From Planctomycetota bacterium (GTDB taxonomy: Bacteria; Planctomycetota; JBFWNO01): DNA of 64,000 bases. A program made the translations under genes and the position numbers. Under the pieces are notes generated by a model. The model had not been told where the DNA came from. It made no database searches and was given only the letters and a program-made list of their open reading frames with translations. The stretch spans positions 12,775 to 76,774 of the forward strand of contig JBFWNO010000002.1 of NCBI GenBank assembly GCA_050251015.1, read 5' to 3'. Of this stretch, positions 50,978-63,658 are shown piece after piece. Position 1 is the stretch's first letter, and every line of letters begins with the position of its first letter.

Positions 50978-52023
50978 TCGACTTCCAGCCTAGCCCTGAG
51001 GTACTTCGCTGTGTGAAGCTGCTTGACGATCTCGATCTGATCCTTGGTCCTCAATACGGTGGATAGCTGTTGGAGGACCTGCGAAAGATCCTGATCCTTG
51101 GCGATATTGATCGTCACCTGGTTGTACATCACCGTGCAGGCGCTGAGCTTCACATCGCCACTCATCGTGATGTTTCCCGTCTTTTCATTGACGACCACCA
51201 GGGCTTCGCTCTCGACATGAAAGAGACCGATGCGGTCGATGTCTGAGAGAAATTCCACGATGTTGTCCCACCGGCTTTCGGGGATATTCACGAGCACCTC
51301 GCCGGGGCTTAGGGGCTGGGCCACCCTCACGTCGACAAGTTCCCTTTGCATCTTGTGGTTGATGGCCTTGGCAATCTCGCTTGAATTCGTGGCGTTGGCG
51401 TTCTGGAGCACCAGCACAATAAAGCGACCCACCACTTTGTCCTTCTTGTCGCGCACTTCCTTGATGTAGTTCTGCTCCACGCCACCAAGCACCAATCCCC
51501 CTCCCACGAGCTTGCCAACAGTGGGAACCGAGGCTCCCCCTGCGTTGCCGCCCGCATTCTGGAGGCCGACTTGGCCCGTGTTGCCAACCAGGATGGCACC
51601 CTGGGCCATCACCAGGGGCGGGGCGCTCTTGGGATCCACGCCGGCAATGTGCAAGTGGGTGGCCAGCAGGATGCCGCCTTCTAAGCTTTGGGCGCCCTGG
51701 GCGGCCACAGTCACATCGATTTTTTGGCCGGGGCGTGCGAAGGGGGGAAGCTTGGCGGTCACATGCACGATGGCCATGTTCTTCGCTTCTAGGTCCTTCT
51801 CGTTGAATTCATTCCCCAACTTCTTCAGGATCATCTGCGCCACATGGCGTATGGCCGGGCCCTTGTCGCCCTTGCCGTTGAGTCCCACCACCAGACCGTA
51901 TCCCTGCAGGAAGTTCTCGTCGATGCCTCCCACCTTGGTGATGTCTCCAATGCGCGTTTCAGCTTTCAAGGCCAGCGGAGCCAGGCAAAGGATCAGGATC
52001 ATGGTGAGGATGCGGGGGATCAT
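50974..52023 (-). CDS. flgI: Flagellar P-ring protein FlgI
   Basis: The ATG at 52023 gives the signal peptide MIPRILTMILILCLAPLALKA. GYGLVVGLNGKGDK...LEGGILL. Confidence 0.92.
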   Translation of the reverse strand: MIPRILTMILILCLAPLALKAETRIGDITKVGGIDENFLQGYGLVVGLNGKGDKGPAIRHVAQMILKKLGNEFNEKDLEAKNMAIVHVTAKLPPFARPGQKIDVTVAAQGAQSLEGGILLATHLHIAGVDPKSAPPLVMAQGAILVGNTGQVGLQNAGGNAGGASVPTVGKLVGGGLVLGGVEQNYIKEVRDKKDKVVGRFIVLVLQNANATNSSEIAKAINHKMQRELVDVRVAQPLSPGEVLVNIPESRWDNIVEFLSDIDRIGLFHVESEALVVVNEKTGNITMSGDVKLSACTVMYNQVTINIAKDQDLSQVLQQLSTVLRTKDQIEIVKQLHTAKYLRARLEVE

Positions 52024-52130
52024 GGGTATCTCCGGGTTGGGGAAAAGGCTTGGGGAGGGGGCCGCGCTCTGGGGGATGATGTTATGGATAGACACCCCGA
52101 ACGCGGCCCCTCCCGTCCTGTGACGATTCA

Positions 52131-52775
52131 TCAGAACGGCCACAGGAAGGCCAGGAATTTTTGGACCCAGGTCTTCTCGACGTTGTCCTTGCGCTCGCCT
52201 TCCTCGAAGGTTTCGAGGCTCATGTTCTTGACCCTGAAGCTGGGGATCGTCCCCAACTCCTCAAGGTCGCGCTTGGAAATTTCCCCGGAGAAGACGAGGA
52301 TCCGGAGATTGCCGTTGTCCCTGAACTCCTTGCGCCCTTTGATGAACATGTTTTCGTTGGGGCGGATATCCAGGATCTCGCACATGATGTTTTCCTTGAA
52401 GGTGGAACGCCTTTGGTTGTTGGACTGGTTGTTGAAGGCTGCGTCACTTTCATAGTCGATTTCAGGCTCGTTCAGGGCTGCCGGCTTGAGTCGCGTGAGA
52501 AAACGGGTGCTGCTGCCCCTTTCCCCGTTGTGTGTGCGTTCCCGGCTCAGCCTGACCCACTTGGAAAGCTTGGTGTTGACCTCGGTGCTTTTGGAGCCTC
52601 CCGTCGACTCCTTGTAGCTGGACTCTGAGGTCTCCGTGATCTCCACAAGCACAAGATCCCCAACCTTCTGCTTCACAGGCATAACAGGATCGTCGCTCAT
52701 CCATGTCACATGTCCGTTGACTACGTCAGCTTTCAGGGGGATGGCAACAAAAAGAAGGGCCAGAATGAATCTCAT
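52131..52775 (-). CDS. flgH: Flagellar L-ring protein FlgH
   Basis: 214 aa with a signal sequence. VGDLVLVEITE...ILDIRPNENMFIKGRKEFRDNGNLRILVFSGEI. Confidence 0.85.
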   Translation of the reverse strand: MRFILALLFVAIPLKADVVNGHVTWMSDDPVMPVKQKVGDLVLVEITETSESSYKESTGGSKSTEVNTKLSKWVRLSRERTHNGERGSSTRFLTRLKPAALNEPEIDYESDAAFNNQSNNQRRSTFKENIMCEILDIRPNENMFIKGRKEFRDNGNLRILVFSGEISKRDLEELGTIPSFRVKNMSLETFEEGERKDNVEKTWVQKFLAFLWPF

Positions 52776-53767
52776 GAGCCGCCTCCGATACGGATGGTTT
52801 CTGGGGGAGTGACGTCGGCTTGGCCAACAATGCTTGCACGCTGCTTGCTGATGATGCGGGCCTTCATCCTCTGGCCCCCGGGGGCCTCGAATAGGATGAC
52901 CTCACCCTCGCGGCCTTCCGTCAGGGCCTTGGCGCTCAGGCTCACCGATAGGCCACGCTCGCCACCTTCCAGAATCGAGTAGTCCCCTTTGCGGACAAGG
53001 GTCTTGGCCAGAACATCCGCCTTGGCCAGCCTTGTCCCCTCAGGGACCAGTCTGGAAGCCTTGCACCCGACAACCTCCGCGATATCTGTGAATCCTGGGA
53101 GCTGGCCCGGAAGACATTCACATTCCCTGATCTCCACATCTCTTTCCTGAATGTCCACTCTTGTTCCGATACGCCTGAGCGCGCCCACCTCCATGCGGAA
53201 TAGGCGGACATGGGCCATGAAGCGGCCGGAGACTCCCTCCTCCTGGCAGTGCACCCTCAGGTGCAGGGGTGTGCGGGAGCTGTATTCAGGAAGAAACTTA
53301 TCGGAAAGAATCTCGACACTCAGAAGGCCGGCGGGAAGCCCGGCCAACAATCCTTGGGGGTCCTCCAGGGAAACGTCGACGCGGCTGACACCCTTCAGCC
53401 GGGATGCCAGAAGTGTCTCGAGCTCGAGTTCGACCTCGGACCTTCTGTCTCGAGTGTCGGCCGACTCGACGAGGACTCCGGAAGCGGGAATGGAAACGCG
53501 GTGATGGTCGCGCTTGAGTCCGAACTGCTCCAGCCTCCTCGAAAGATACTCGGCATCAAGAAGCCTCGAGGACCCGTCCGCAGGTGCGGCACCGAAGGCC
53601 ATTTCCTCTAGCATGGCGAGCTCTTCGGGCTCGGCCTTCACCAAGGCCACATCACGGATCCTGATCCATTCCCCGCCGCAGCGGGCCCTCTCGCGAAAGG
53701 TGATCTCCATGGCACCCAGGGGGGGCACGAATGCGATCAGACAGGCCAGGACAAGAAGGGGTTTCAC
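52772..53767 (-). CDS. flgA: Flagellar P-ring assembly chaperone FlgA
   Basis: Signal peptide, and a C-terminal SAF-type region LVRKGDYSILEGGERGLSVSLSAKALTEGREGEVI. Confidence 0.8.
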   Translation of the reverse strand: MKPLLVLACLIAFVPPLGAMEITFRERARCGGEWIRIRDVALVKAEPEELAMLEEMAFGAAPADGSSRLLDAEYLSRRLEQFGLKRDHHRVSIPASGVLVESADTRDRRSEVELELETLLASRLKGVSRVDVSLEDPQGLLAGLPAGLLSVEILSDKFLPEYSSRTPLHLRVHCQEEGVSGRFMAHVRLFRMEVGALRRIGTRVDIQERDVEIRECECLPGQLPGFTDIAEVVGCKASRLVPEGTRLAKADVLAKTLVRKGDYSILEGGERGLSVSLSAKALTEGREGEVILFEAPGGQRMKARIISKQRASIVGQADVTPPETIRIGGGS

Positions 53768-53768
53768 A

Positions 53769-54557
53769 TTATCTCCTGAGATTACTCACGGTCTGCATCA
53801 TCTCATTGGAGGTCTGGATGACCTGAGAATTGATTTCATAGGATCGTTGGGCCTGGATCATGTCCACCATGTCCCTGACCAACTCCACATTCGAACTCTC
53901 AAGGGCACTCTGCACGATCTGCCCCCTGTTGGCCTCTCCAGGAACACCGGCATTGGGGGCTCCCGACTGGCTTGTCTCCAGAAAAATATTGTCGCCGCTG
54001 GCCATCAAACCGGCCTGATTCACGAAGGTGGCAAGGTTCAGCTGTCCAAAATCCGTGCGGTCGGTGGCGCCGGGCAAGATGCCGCTGATGACGCCATTGG
54101 GCGCCACGCTGATGTCCTGGGCATTCTGAGGAACCGTAGTGATGGGAAGCACGCGGTTGCCGTTGGCGTCGACAATTTCGCCGTCCGGATTCACCTCAAA
54201 GGATCCGTCGCGGGTGTAGCCCGTGCGGCCGTCATAGAGTTGGACCTGAAACCATCCATCACCATCCTTCACCGCCAGGTCGAAGGGCCGTCCGGTCTGC
54301 TCCAGGGCTCCCTCCGTGAAATTCCGGCTCGTCGAGACCACCCTCACACCCGTGCCCAACTGGATCCCGTGGGGCACTTGGTTTGTCCCCAGGGCGTTGA
54401 CACCCACCGGCTTCACATGACGATAGAACAGGTCGGCAAAATTCACCCTCTGGCGCTTGAACCCCGTGGTGTTTGCGTTCGCCAAGTTGTTGGCGATCGC
54501 CGTGATCCTGTGATCCTGGGCCTGGACTCCTGTGACTGCGGTGTAAAGGGCTTGCAT
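53769..54557 (-). CDS. flgG: Flagellar distal rod protein FlgG
   Basis: MQALYTAVTGVQAQDHRITAIANNLANANTTGFKR...LESSNVELVRDMVDMIQAQRSYE. Confidence 0.93.
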   Translation of the reverse strand: MQALYTAVTGVQAQDHRITAIANNLANANTTGFKRQRVNFADLFYRHVKPVGVNALGTNQVPHGIQLGTGVRVVSTSRNFTEGALEQTGRPFDLAVKDGDGWFQVQLYDGRTGYTRDGSFEVNPDGEIVDANGNRVLPITTVPQNAQDISVAPNGVISGILPGATDRTDFGQLNLATFVNQAGLMASGDNIFLETSQSGAPNAGVPGEANRGQIVQSALESSNVELVRDMVDMIQAQRSYEINSQVIQTSNEMMQTVSNLRR

Positions 54558-54575
54558 GAATTCTCCTTGGATCGA

Positions 54576-55352
54576 TTAGAGCGGCACACTTCCAACCTGG
54601 TTCACAGCCCTGTCGAGGGTCTGATCCTGCAGGCTGATCATGCGCATGTTGAGATCGAAGTTGCGTTGGGTCTGGATCATCTCCACCATCTCACGCGACA
54701 TGTCCACGGTGGAGGACTCAAGGTATTCAACGAGCAGACTGCCGTTGAATTCCCTTTCATCCATCTTTTTTTCCGCCACAAAGAGGTTTTCCCCCTCTTT
54801 GCGTAGCCAGGGAAGGTCCTCGGATTTGAATTTCACGGCCATGATCTGATCCGCGGGTTCGCCATTGATATCGATGCTCCGGTTCCCATTGAAGGACACT
54901 TCCGAGTTTTGGCCTGCGAAGATCCGGTTGCCGCGGGAATTCACAGGAAACCACTTTCCATCGTCGGTGGTGAGATATCCTTCGTTGTTCAGGCGAAAAT
55001 TCCCGGCTCTTGTGTAACGCACAGCCTGTTCATCCTTATCGGTGAGTTTGAAAAAACCTTCGCCCTTGAGCATAAGGTCGAGAGGATTGCCCGTAGGGAC
55101 TTCGGATCCCATGGCCCTGTGGTCGGTCCAGTTGTCGGCGAGGTAGATGCCTCCACCCAAAGGCGCATGGTTGGCATTGGATCTCCTGCGCAATTCGGGG
55201 TTTTCCAGGGCTTCAGCCAGGCGGTGATGAAACACGGCCTGGTCCCGCTTGTAACCTGTGGTGTTCAGGTTGGCCATGTTGTTGGAGACGGTATTCAGGC
55301 GTGCTTCCTGAACTAGGGCACCGGCTGTTGAATTCATCAGGCCTTGAAGCAT
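54576..55352 (-). CDS. flgF: Flagellar proximal rod protein FlgF
   Basis: NTVSNNMANLNTTGYKRD...LESSTVDMSREMVEMIQTQRNFD. It lies upstream of flgG. Confidence 0.8.
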   Translation of the reverse strand: MLQGLMNSTAGALVQEARLNTVSNNMANLNTTGYKRDQAVFHHRLAEALENPELRRRSNANHAPLGGGIYLADNWTDHRAMGSEVPTGNPLDLMLKGEGFFKLTDKDEQAVRYTRAGNFRLNNEGYLTTDDGKWFPVNSRGNRIFAGQNSEVSFNGNRSIDINGEPADQIMAVKFKSEDLPWLRKEGENLFVAEKKMDEREFNGSLLVEYLESSTVDMSREMVEMIQTQRNFDLNMRMISLQDQTLDRAVNQVGSVPL

Positions 55353-55375
55353 GGACTCTCCTCGCCGGGAACATA

Positions 55376-55391
55376 GGCAAGGAGTATGCCG
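55376..55391 (-). promoter_or_regulatory. Sigma-54-type promoter candidate: CGGCAT-N5-TTGCC
   Basis: The minus strand reads tgtCGGCATactccTTGCCtatg, with canonical GG/GC spacing. It lies 24 nt before the flgF ATG, and a GAGGAG RBS follows. Confidence 0.4.
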
Positions 55392-55483
55392 ACACGCACA
55401 ACGTCAAAATTGCCGTGTTTTAGCCAATGCCATTGCGGCGCTAGGTCCCAACTACGGAAATTCCTGCCAAGGGAGGCGGAGGT

Positions 55484-56110
55484 TTATTCCGTTTCTTCCA
55501 CCGGGATGGGAGCCTTGGTCTTTTGCCCCACAAACACACCGGCAATGAACCCGATGATGATTCCCAGCAAAAAAGCGCCAATGATTAGGGGCGTCTTGGA
55601 ATCGGATTGATGGGTCTCTCGATGGCTGGATACCACTGATGGCGCAGGCGCTTGGCGTGGAGCTGAGGAACTTGCTGGGGGCTCCTTGCGTGTGAACATC
55701 GCGGAAGGCTCTGGCGAGCCTGGGGCGGGCTGGGCCTGCTTGATGACATCTAAGGCCGGTCCCTCCAGCGCCAAGGTCTGACCACCGTAATCCATCACAG
55801 GAGCCTTTTTCTCAGGACCGGAAGCGGCAAAACCCACAAGGATCTTGAATTTGCCGAGGCTGATCACATCACCTGTAGTCAATTCCTTCTCGGAAATTTT
55901 CTGACCGTTCACATGGACGCCGTTGGCACTGCCATGATCCTTGAGAATGGCCTTCCCGGATCCGTAGGAAATCACGCAATGGGTACGGGAAATGGAAGGA
56001 TTGTCGATATGCAACTGGGACTGGGGGTCCCTCCCGATGCTGATGTCCTGCTCGGGGAAGCTTTTGGTCTCAAGAGTGCGGTCACCCAGGCGGACAACAA
56101 GCTTGATCAT
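55484..56110 (-). CDS. FHA-domain protein with C-terminal transmembrane anchor
   Basis: ISIGRDPQSQLHIDNPSISRTHCVISY...GSANGVHVNGQKI. The C-terminal segment LIIGAFLLGIIIGFIAGVFVG is hydrophobic. Confidence 0.8.
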   Translation of the reverse strand: MIKLVVRLGDRTLETKSFPEQDISIGRDPQSQLHIDNPSISRTHCVISYGSGKAILKDHGSANGVHVNGQKISEKELTTGDVISLGKFKILVGFAASGPEKKAPVMDYGGQTLALEGPALDVIKQAQPAPGSPEPSAMFTRKEPPASSSAPRQAPAPSVVSSHRETHQSDSKTPLIIGAFLLGIIIGFIAGVFVGQKTKAPIPVEETE

Positions 56111-57282
56111 GCCTCACTCCCCTTGGAAATGGATTCTAACACAGCCTTTTCCAGGAGCTCGAGAACTAGGCTGTCGAGCACCTCCCAACCCTTGCGGGTG
56201 CATGAAACTGAGCCTGAAGAGAACTTGAGATAGGCCTCCCAATGGGAAGGTCGCGAGGGCCACAAACCGCCGGCATCCCGTCCCGTGGACAACTTCAGGC
56301 GCCCGGCCCCCACTCCGTCTCGGAACCGGAGACCCAGGAGCAACGCTGTCCCCAAGCGAGCAGCGGGGCTATCATCAGCCTCCCTGCCGACTTCCGGATT
56401 CAGTCCCTCACCCATTCGCTTCATATACTCGTCGGGAAGACCCGTGTTCCACAAGCGCAGATCCCCAAGACGGGAATGGGCTCCCGAGCCCACCCCCAGG
56501 AAATCCTCGCCTGCCCAGGTCCCCGTGTTGTGCCGGCATTCCATCCCGGGTTTGGCATAGTTGCTGATCTCATAACGCATCAAACCCTGCTTCTCCAGGA
56601 AATGCTCGGCAAGAAGCCGGAGCCTGGAGGCCTCCTCCCCTTCCATCCCGGCACCGAAACCACGTTTCTGTGTGAGGCGTGACCCTTCCTCAAAGGTCAG
56701 CTCATACAGACTGAGATGGCCCGGTTTCCATTTCATGATCTCCTTCAGGGAGTGGCTCCAGGATTCCTCAGTCTGCCCTGGAACTCCATAGATCAGGTCG
56801 GCGCTCCAGCGACCCCCCCAGGTCTCCGTCAACAGCCTCATAGCCTCTTCGGCCCGGCCCGGGGCATGGTCACGCTCCAACCAGGCGAGTTCATCGGAAA
56901 CCATGGACTGCACACCGATGCTGATCCTGTTCACCCCAGCCTGGGCCATCACGGCCAGACGCGCAGCATCCAGGGAAGACGGGTTGCACTCCACTGTCCA
57001 CTCGGGAATAGAGGCCTTGGGCCAGGCACAGGCTTCCGCAAGACCCGTGAGCAAGCGCCCCAATTCATCGGGTGACAGCATGGACGGTGTCCCCCCTCCC
57101 ACAAAGACAGGGCCCACGGGCCGTTTCAATTGTCTTAGATCCCGCTTCGTCTCTTCCAGAACCGCATCGACATAGCCGCTTCGCGACACATTCTGAAAGG
57201 TGCCCGAGGCAAAGGTGCAGTAGCCGCATTTGCTCTCGCAGAAGGGAACATGGACGTAGAGCCCCAGGGATGGGGAGTCCAT
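56107..57282 (-). CDS. hemW: Radical SAM HemN-family protein (HemW-like heme chaperone)
   Basis: LYVHVPFCESKCGYCTF (a CxxxCxxC triad). Start at the ATG at 57282, one base after the gyrA stop. Confidence 0.85.
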   Translation of the reverse strand: MDSPSLGLYVHVPFCESKCGYCTFASGTFQNVSRSGYVDAVLEETKRDLRQLKRPVGPVFVGGGTPSMLSPDELGRLLTGLAEACAWPKASIPEWTVECNPSSLDAARLAVMAQAGVNRISIGVQSMVSDELAWLERDHAPGRAEEAMRLLTETWGGRWSADLIYGVPGQTEESWSHSLKEIMKWKPGHLSLYELTFEEGSRLTQKRGFGAGMEGEEASRLRLLAEHFLEKQGLMRYEISNYAKPGMECRHNTGTWAGEDFLGVGSGAHSRLGDLRLWNTGLPDEYMKRMGEGLNPEVGREADDSPAARLGTALLLGLRFRDGVGAGRLKLSTGRDAGGLWPSRPSHWEAYLKFSSGSVSCTRKGWEVLDSLVLELLEKAVLESISKGSEA

Positions 57283-57283
57283 G

Positions 57284-59737
57284 TCAGGAAGGTTCTTTCC
57301 CGTCCTCGTCGGAATCCGGTTCGACCTTGGCGGCACTCACAAGAGTATCGCCATCCTTGAGGTTCACCAATCGGACGCCCTGCGTGTTCCTTCCCTGGGA
57401 CGAGATGGAGCCCGCCGATGTGCGGACCACCATGCCCGATGAGCTGATCATCAGGATGTCCTCGTTTTCCATGATGTTCAGGCAGGCGATGACGGGGCCG
57501 TTCCGTTCTCCTGTGTCGATGTTGATGATTCCCTTGCCGTTGCGACCCGTGACCCTGTATTCATCCAAGGGAGTCCGCTTTCCGTAACCATTCTGGCAAA
57601 CCGTGAGAATTTGGCCTCGGGGATCTCCAGGGAGCACTGCGATGACCTCGTCTCCCTCGGCCAGATCAATACCACCGACTCCATGGGACACTCGGCCCAT
57701 CTCCCTCACCTTGGATTCCTGGAAGCGGATGATTTGTCCCATCTTTGTAGCCAAGAGCAGGGTGCCCTCGCCCGTTCCCTCGACAACATCCACCAGGCTG
57801 TCGCCTTCATCAAGCTTGATAGCCTGAATCCCTCCCTTACGGACGTTCGAATAATCCTCCATGGCACTGCGCTTGATCACACCCCTTGATGTGGCCATGA
57901 ACAGGCTGGTCGGCTTTTCGAGTTTGTCTGTGATGAGGAGAGTTGTGATGGTCTCGCCGGCCTCAAGATTGAGGAGATTCACAAGGGCCCGGCCCATGGA
58001 TGTGCGGCTACCTTCGGGAATCTGGAAGGCCCTTCTCCAGTGGACGCGTCCACGGTTGCTGAAGAACAGCATCCAGTCGTGGGTGCCACAGACATGCAAC
58101 TTGGAAATATAGTCGCCCTCGCGCATCTTCATGCCGGCAACACCGCGGCCGCCCCGACGTTGGGTCTTGTATTCATCCACGTCGATACGCTTGATGTAAC
58201 CTGCCTGGCTCATGGCCACGGCCACGGTTCCCCTTGCAATGAGGTCCTCCATGTCGAGATCGTCCGCCTCGGCCTCTGCGATTTCAGTGTGGCGCTTGTC
58301 AGCATGACTCTCCCTGAGAGCTTTGACATCGTCGCGGATGATGGAGATGACGCGGGCTTCCTGGGCCAGGATGCTCTTGTAGTCTTCGATCTGGGCGATC
58401 AACTCGCGGTACTCTTCCTCAAGCTTCTCGATCTCCAGGCCCGTGAGCCTTTGCAGGCGCATCTCCAGGATGGCATTGGCCTGATGGATGCTGAGCTTGA
58501 ACGCCTGCATAAGAGCCGACCGGGCGGCTTCCGGATCCTTGCTGGCGCGAATCAGGGCCACCACCCTATCGATATCCATGAGGGCCCGGCGAAGCCCTTC
58601 GACAATATGGGCCCTTTCCTCGGCACGATTGAGCAAAAAACGTGTCCGGCGGCGGATCACCTCGATGCGGTGATCGCGATAGCAGGTCATCATGGCCTTC
58701 AAGTCGAGGGTTTGTGGCCTTTGGTTGACAAGCGCAATATTGATGATGGAGAAGGACGACCGCAGGGGCGTGTGCTTGAGGAGAAGGTTCTGCACCACCT
58801 CGGGATCTTCATCCTTTTTGCATTCGATCACGAGTCTCATGCCCAGCCTCGACGATTCGTCACGAATGTCATTGATGCCTGTGAGCACTCCCTCGCGGAC
58901 GAGATCCGCCATCTTCTCGATGATGCTGAGTTTTGTGATCTGGTAGGGGATTTCGGTGACAACGATCAAATCCCTGTCCTTGGGATTCTTCTCGACATGC
59001 ATCCTGGCCTCCAGGATCACCTTGCCGCGTCCCGAGGTGTAACCGTCGATGATGCCGCGGCGACCCCGCACGATGCCACCCGTCGGGAAGTCCGGTCCCT
59101 TCACAAAGTTGAGCAGGTCTCTTGCGGTGCACTGGGGATTATCAAGAAGATGGAGGAGGCCGTCACAGACCTCGGCCAGGTTGTGGGGTGGAATGCTCGT
59201 AGCCATGCCCACGGCAATCCCCGAGGAACCGTTGCACAGGAGATTGGGAAAGCGACCCGGCAGAACCACCGGCTCTTCGCGAGTCTCCTCATAGTTTGAG
59301 ACAAAGTCAACTGTTTCGCGCTTAAGATCCTCCATCATGTCCACCGCAAGGGCCGTCATGCGCGCCTCGGTGTATCGCATGGCAGCGGGTGGATCTCCGT
59401 CAACGCTACCAAAGTTGCCCTGTCCGTCCACTAGGGGGTAACGAATGGCGAAGTCCTGGGCCAATCTCACCAGAGTTGGATAAATGACCGATTCGCCATG
59501 CGGATGGTAGTTACCGCTGGTGTCCCCGGCGATCTTGGCGCACTTGCGGTGCTTGCTGCGGGGGCCAAGATTGAGATCGTTCATGGCCACCAGGATTCTG
59601 CGCTGCGAGGGCTTCAAGCCATCACGAGAATCTGGGAGGGCTCTCGAAATGATCACCGACATAGCGTATGTGAGATACGACTGACGGATTTCGTCTTCGA
59701 TCCTCAAGGTCCTGATACCGTGGGTGTCTTGTGTCAT
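57284..59737 (-). CDS. gyrA: DNA gyrase subunit A
   Basis: 817 aa. SYLTYAMSVIISRALPDSRDGLKPSQRRIL...HPHGESVIY. Confidence 0.97.
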   Translation of the reverse strand: MTQDTHGIRTLRIEDEIRQSYLTYAMSVIISRALPDSRDGLKPSQRRILVAMNDLNLGPRSKHRKCAKIAGDTSGNYHPHGESVIYPTLVRLAQDFAIRYPLVDGQGNFGSVDGDPPAAMRYTEARMTALAVDMMEDLKRETVDFVSNYEETREEPVVLPGRFPNLLCNGSSGIAVGMATSIPPHNLAEVCDGLLHLLDNPQCTARDLLNFVKGPDFPTGGIVRGRRGIIDGYTSGRGKVILEARMHVEKNPKDRDLIVVTEIPYQITKLSIIEKMADLVREGVLTGINDIRDESSRLGMRLVIECKKDEDPEVVQNLLLKHTPLRSSFSIINIALVNQRPQTLDLKAMMTCYRDHRIEVIRRRTRFLLNRAEERAHIVEGLRRALMDIDRVVALIRASKDPEAARSALMQAFKLSIHQANAILEMRLQRLTGLEIEKLEEEYRELIAQIEDYKSILAQEARVISIIRDDVKALRESHADKRHTEIAEAEADDLDMEDLIARGTVAVAMSQAGYIKRIDVDEYKTQRRGGRGVAGMKMREGDYISKLHVCGTHDWMLFFSNRGRVHWRRAFQIPEGSRTSMGRALVNLLNLEAGETITTLLITDKLEKPTSLFMATSRGVIKRSAMEDYSNVRKGGIQAIKLDEGDSLVDVVEGTGEGTLLLATKMGQIIRFQESKVREMGRVSHGVGGIDLAEGDEVIAVLPGDPRGQILTVCQNGYGKRTPLDEYRVTGRNGKGIINIDTGERNGPVIACLNIMENEDILMISSSGMVVRTSAGSISSQGRNTQGVRLVNLKDGDTLVSAAKVEPDSDEDGKEPS

Positions 59738-59740
59738 GGG

Positions 59741-62374
<2,634 letters not shown>

Positions 62375-62378
<4 letters not shown>

Positions 62379-63469
62379 GAGACGATATTAATTGGAGTGA
62401 CGACATAGCAATAACCATCCTTGCCATCCTCAGAAAGGCTGGCGGCAGAATTTGAATCCTTCATGGTGAACACGACATCCTTGCCGTCGCAGGCCTTGAG
62501 GCCGTCGATCAAGTAGCTGGGGTTGAAACGGATATCTAGGCTCTGGCCTTTGTAATCTGTGTCCATGGAAACCATCGACTCGCCATGAACTTGCGTCTTA
62601 GCGGAGGCCGAGATTTTTCCCTGTGAAAGGGATAATTTCACCGACTTCGATTCCTCACTTGTGACGAGAGCAGCCTTCCTGATGAGCCCCTCAAAATCGC
62701 CCTTGCCGATCTTCAGGGTGTTCTTATTGGATTTGGGAATGACAGACTCATAATCCGGGAATCTCCCAGTGATCAGCCTGGCCATGATGGACATGTCTTT
62801 CAAGTGAAAAACAACCTGGTTTTCATCCATTTCCACATTGACCGATGTGTCCGCGACATCAGCCTTCATCAAGAGCGACAAGGCCCTTGGCGGAATGATG
62901 GCTGTGAAATCCGAAAGTCCACCCGGAACTTTGGTTGTGGCGTGAGCCAGCCGTCTGCCATCGGTCGCGGTAATCTTCAAAATTCCCTGTTGGCAAGTTA
63001 TGTGAACGCCATTAATGGCAAACCTGGATCTTTCCGTGGCCGTGGCAAAAATGGTTTTCTTGATCATTTGCTTGAAAAGATCGAGGGGAATCGCTCCAAT
63101 TTTTTTGGCTTTGAACGAAATTTCGGGGAAATCTTCGCTACGTTCCATGGGAAGTTTGTATTGGGATGTTTCACAACGAAGAGACAAACTGCGATCCTGT
63201 GTTTCCATAGTGATGGATTTGTTTTGGAATTCATGGCATATAGCGGACAATCGATTGGCGGGAATCACTAATTGACCCTTATCCTGTCCATCCACCCCCT
63301 CCACATAATGTTCAATCGCTATTTCCAAGTCCGTGGCCATCACCCTCATCCTCTTATCCACATTGATCAAGACATGGGTCAGGATGGGCCGGGTCGATCT
63401 AGAGGGAATCACAGGGCCTAGGACCTGGAACACCTTGATCATTTCATTAACCGGAAAAGACACGTTCAT
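62375..63469 (-). CDS. dnaN: DNA polymerase III beta sliding clamp
   Basis: 364 aa, a three-domain clamp. RPILTHVLINVD...LEIAIEHYV...RFAINGVHI...ATDGRRLA. Confidence 0.95.
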
Positions 63470-63622
63470 TAGAAAAACCTCTTTAATAAACCAATCTTCT
63501 TAACAAGGGAAAATCCTGTCATATCACCAACCAATTCTTGCAAATCCAACCCATCAAAGGAGTTGCAAGGAACCGTTAAACCCAAAGAATAACCATTAAA
63601 TAAAAGAAGGAAGGAGTGGTTG

Positions 63623-63658
63623 TTGGATAACAATGGCTTTATCAACATCTTATCCACA
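63623..63658. promoter_or_regulatory. DnaA-box cluster in the AT-rich dnaA-dnaN spacer (candidate oriC element)
   Basis: TTATCCACA at 63650-63658 is a perfect box. TTATCAACA at 63639-63647 matches 8 of 9. TTGGATAAC at 63623-63631 is inverted and matches 7 of 9. The spacer 63470-63649 is markedly AT-rich. Confidence 0.6.
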
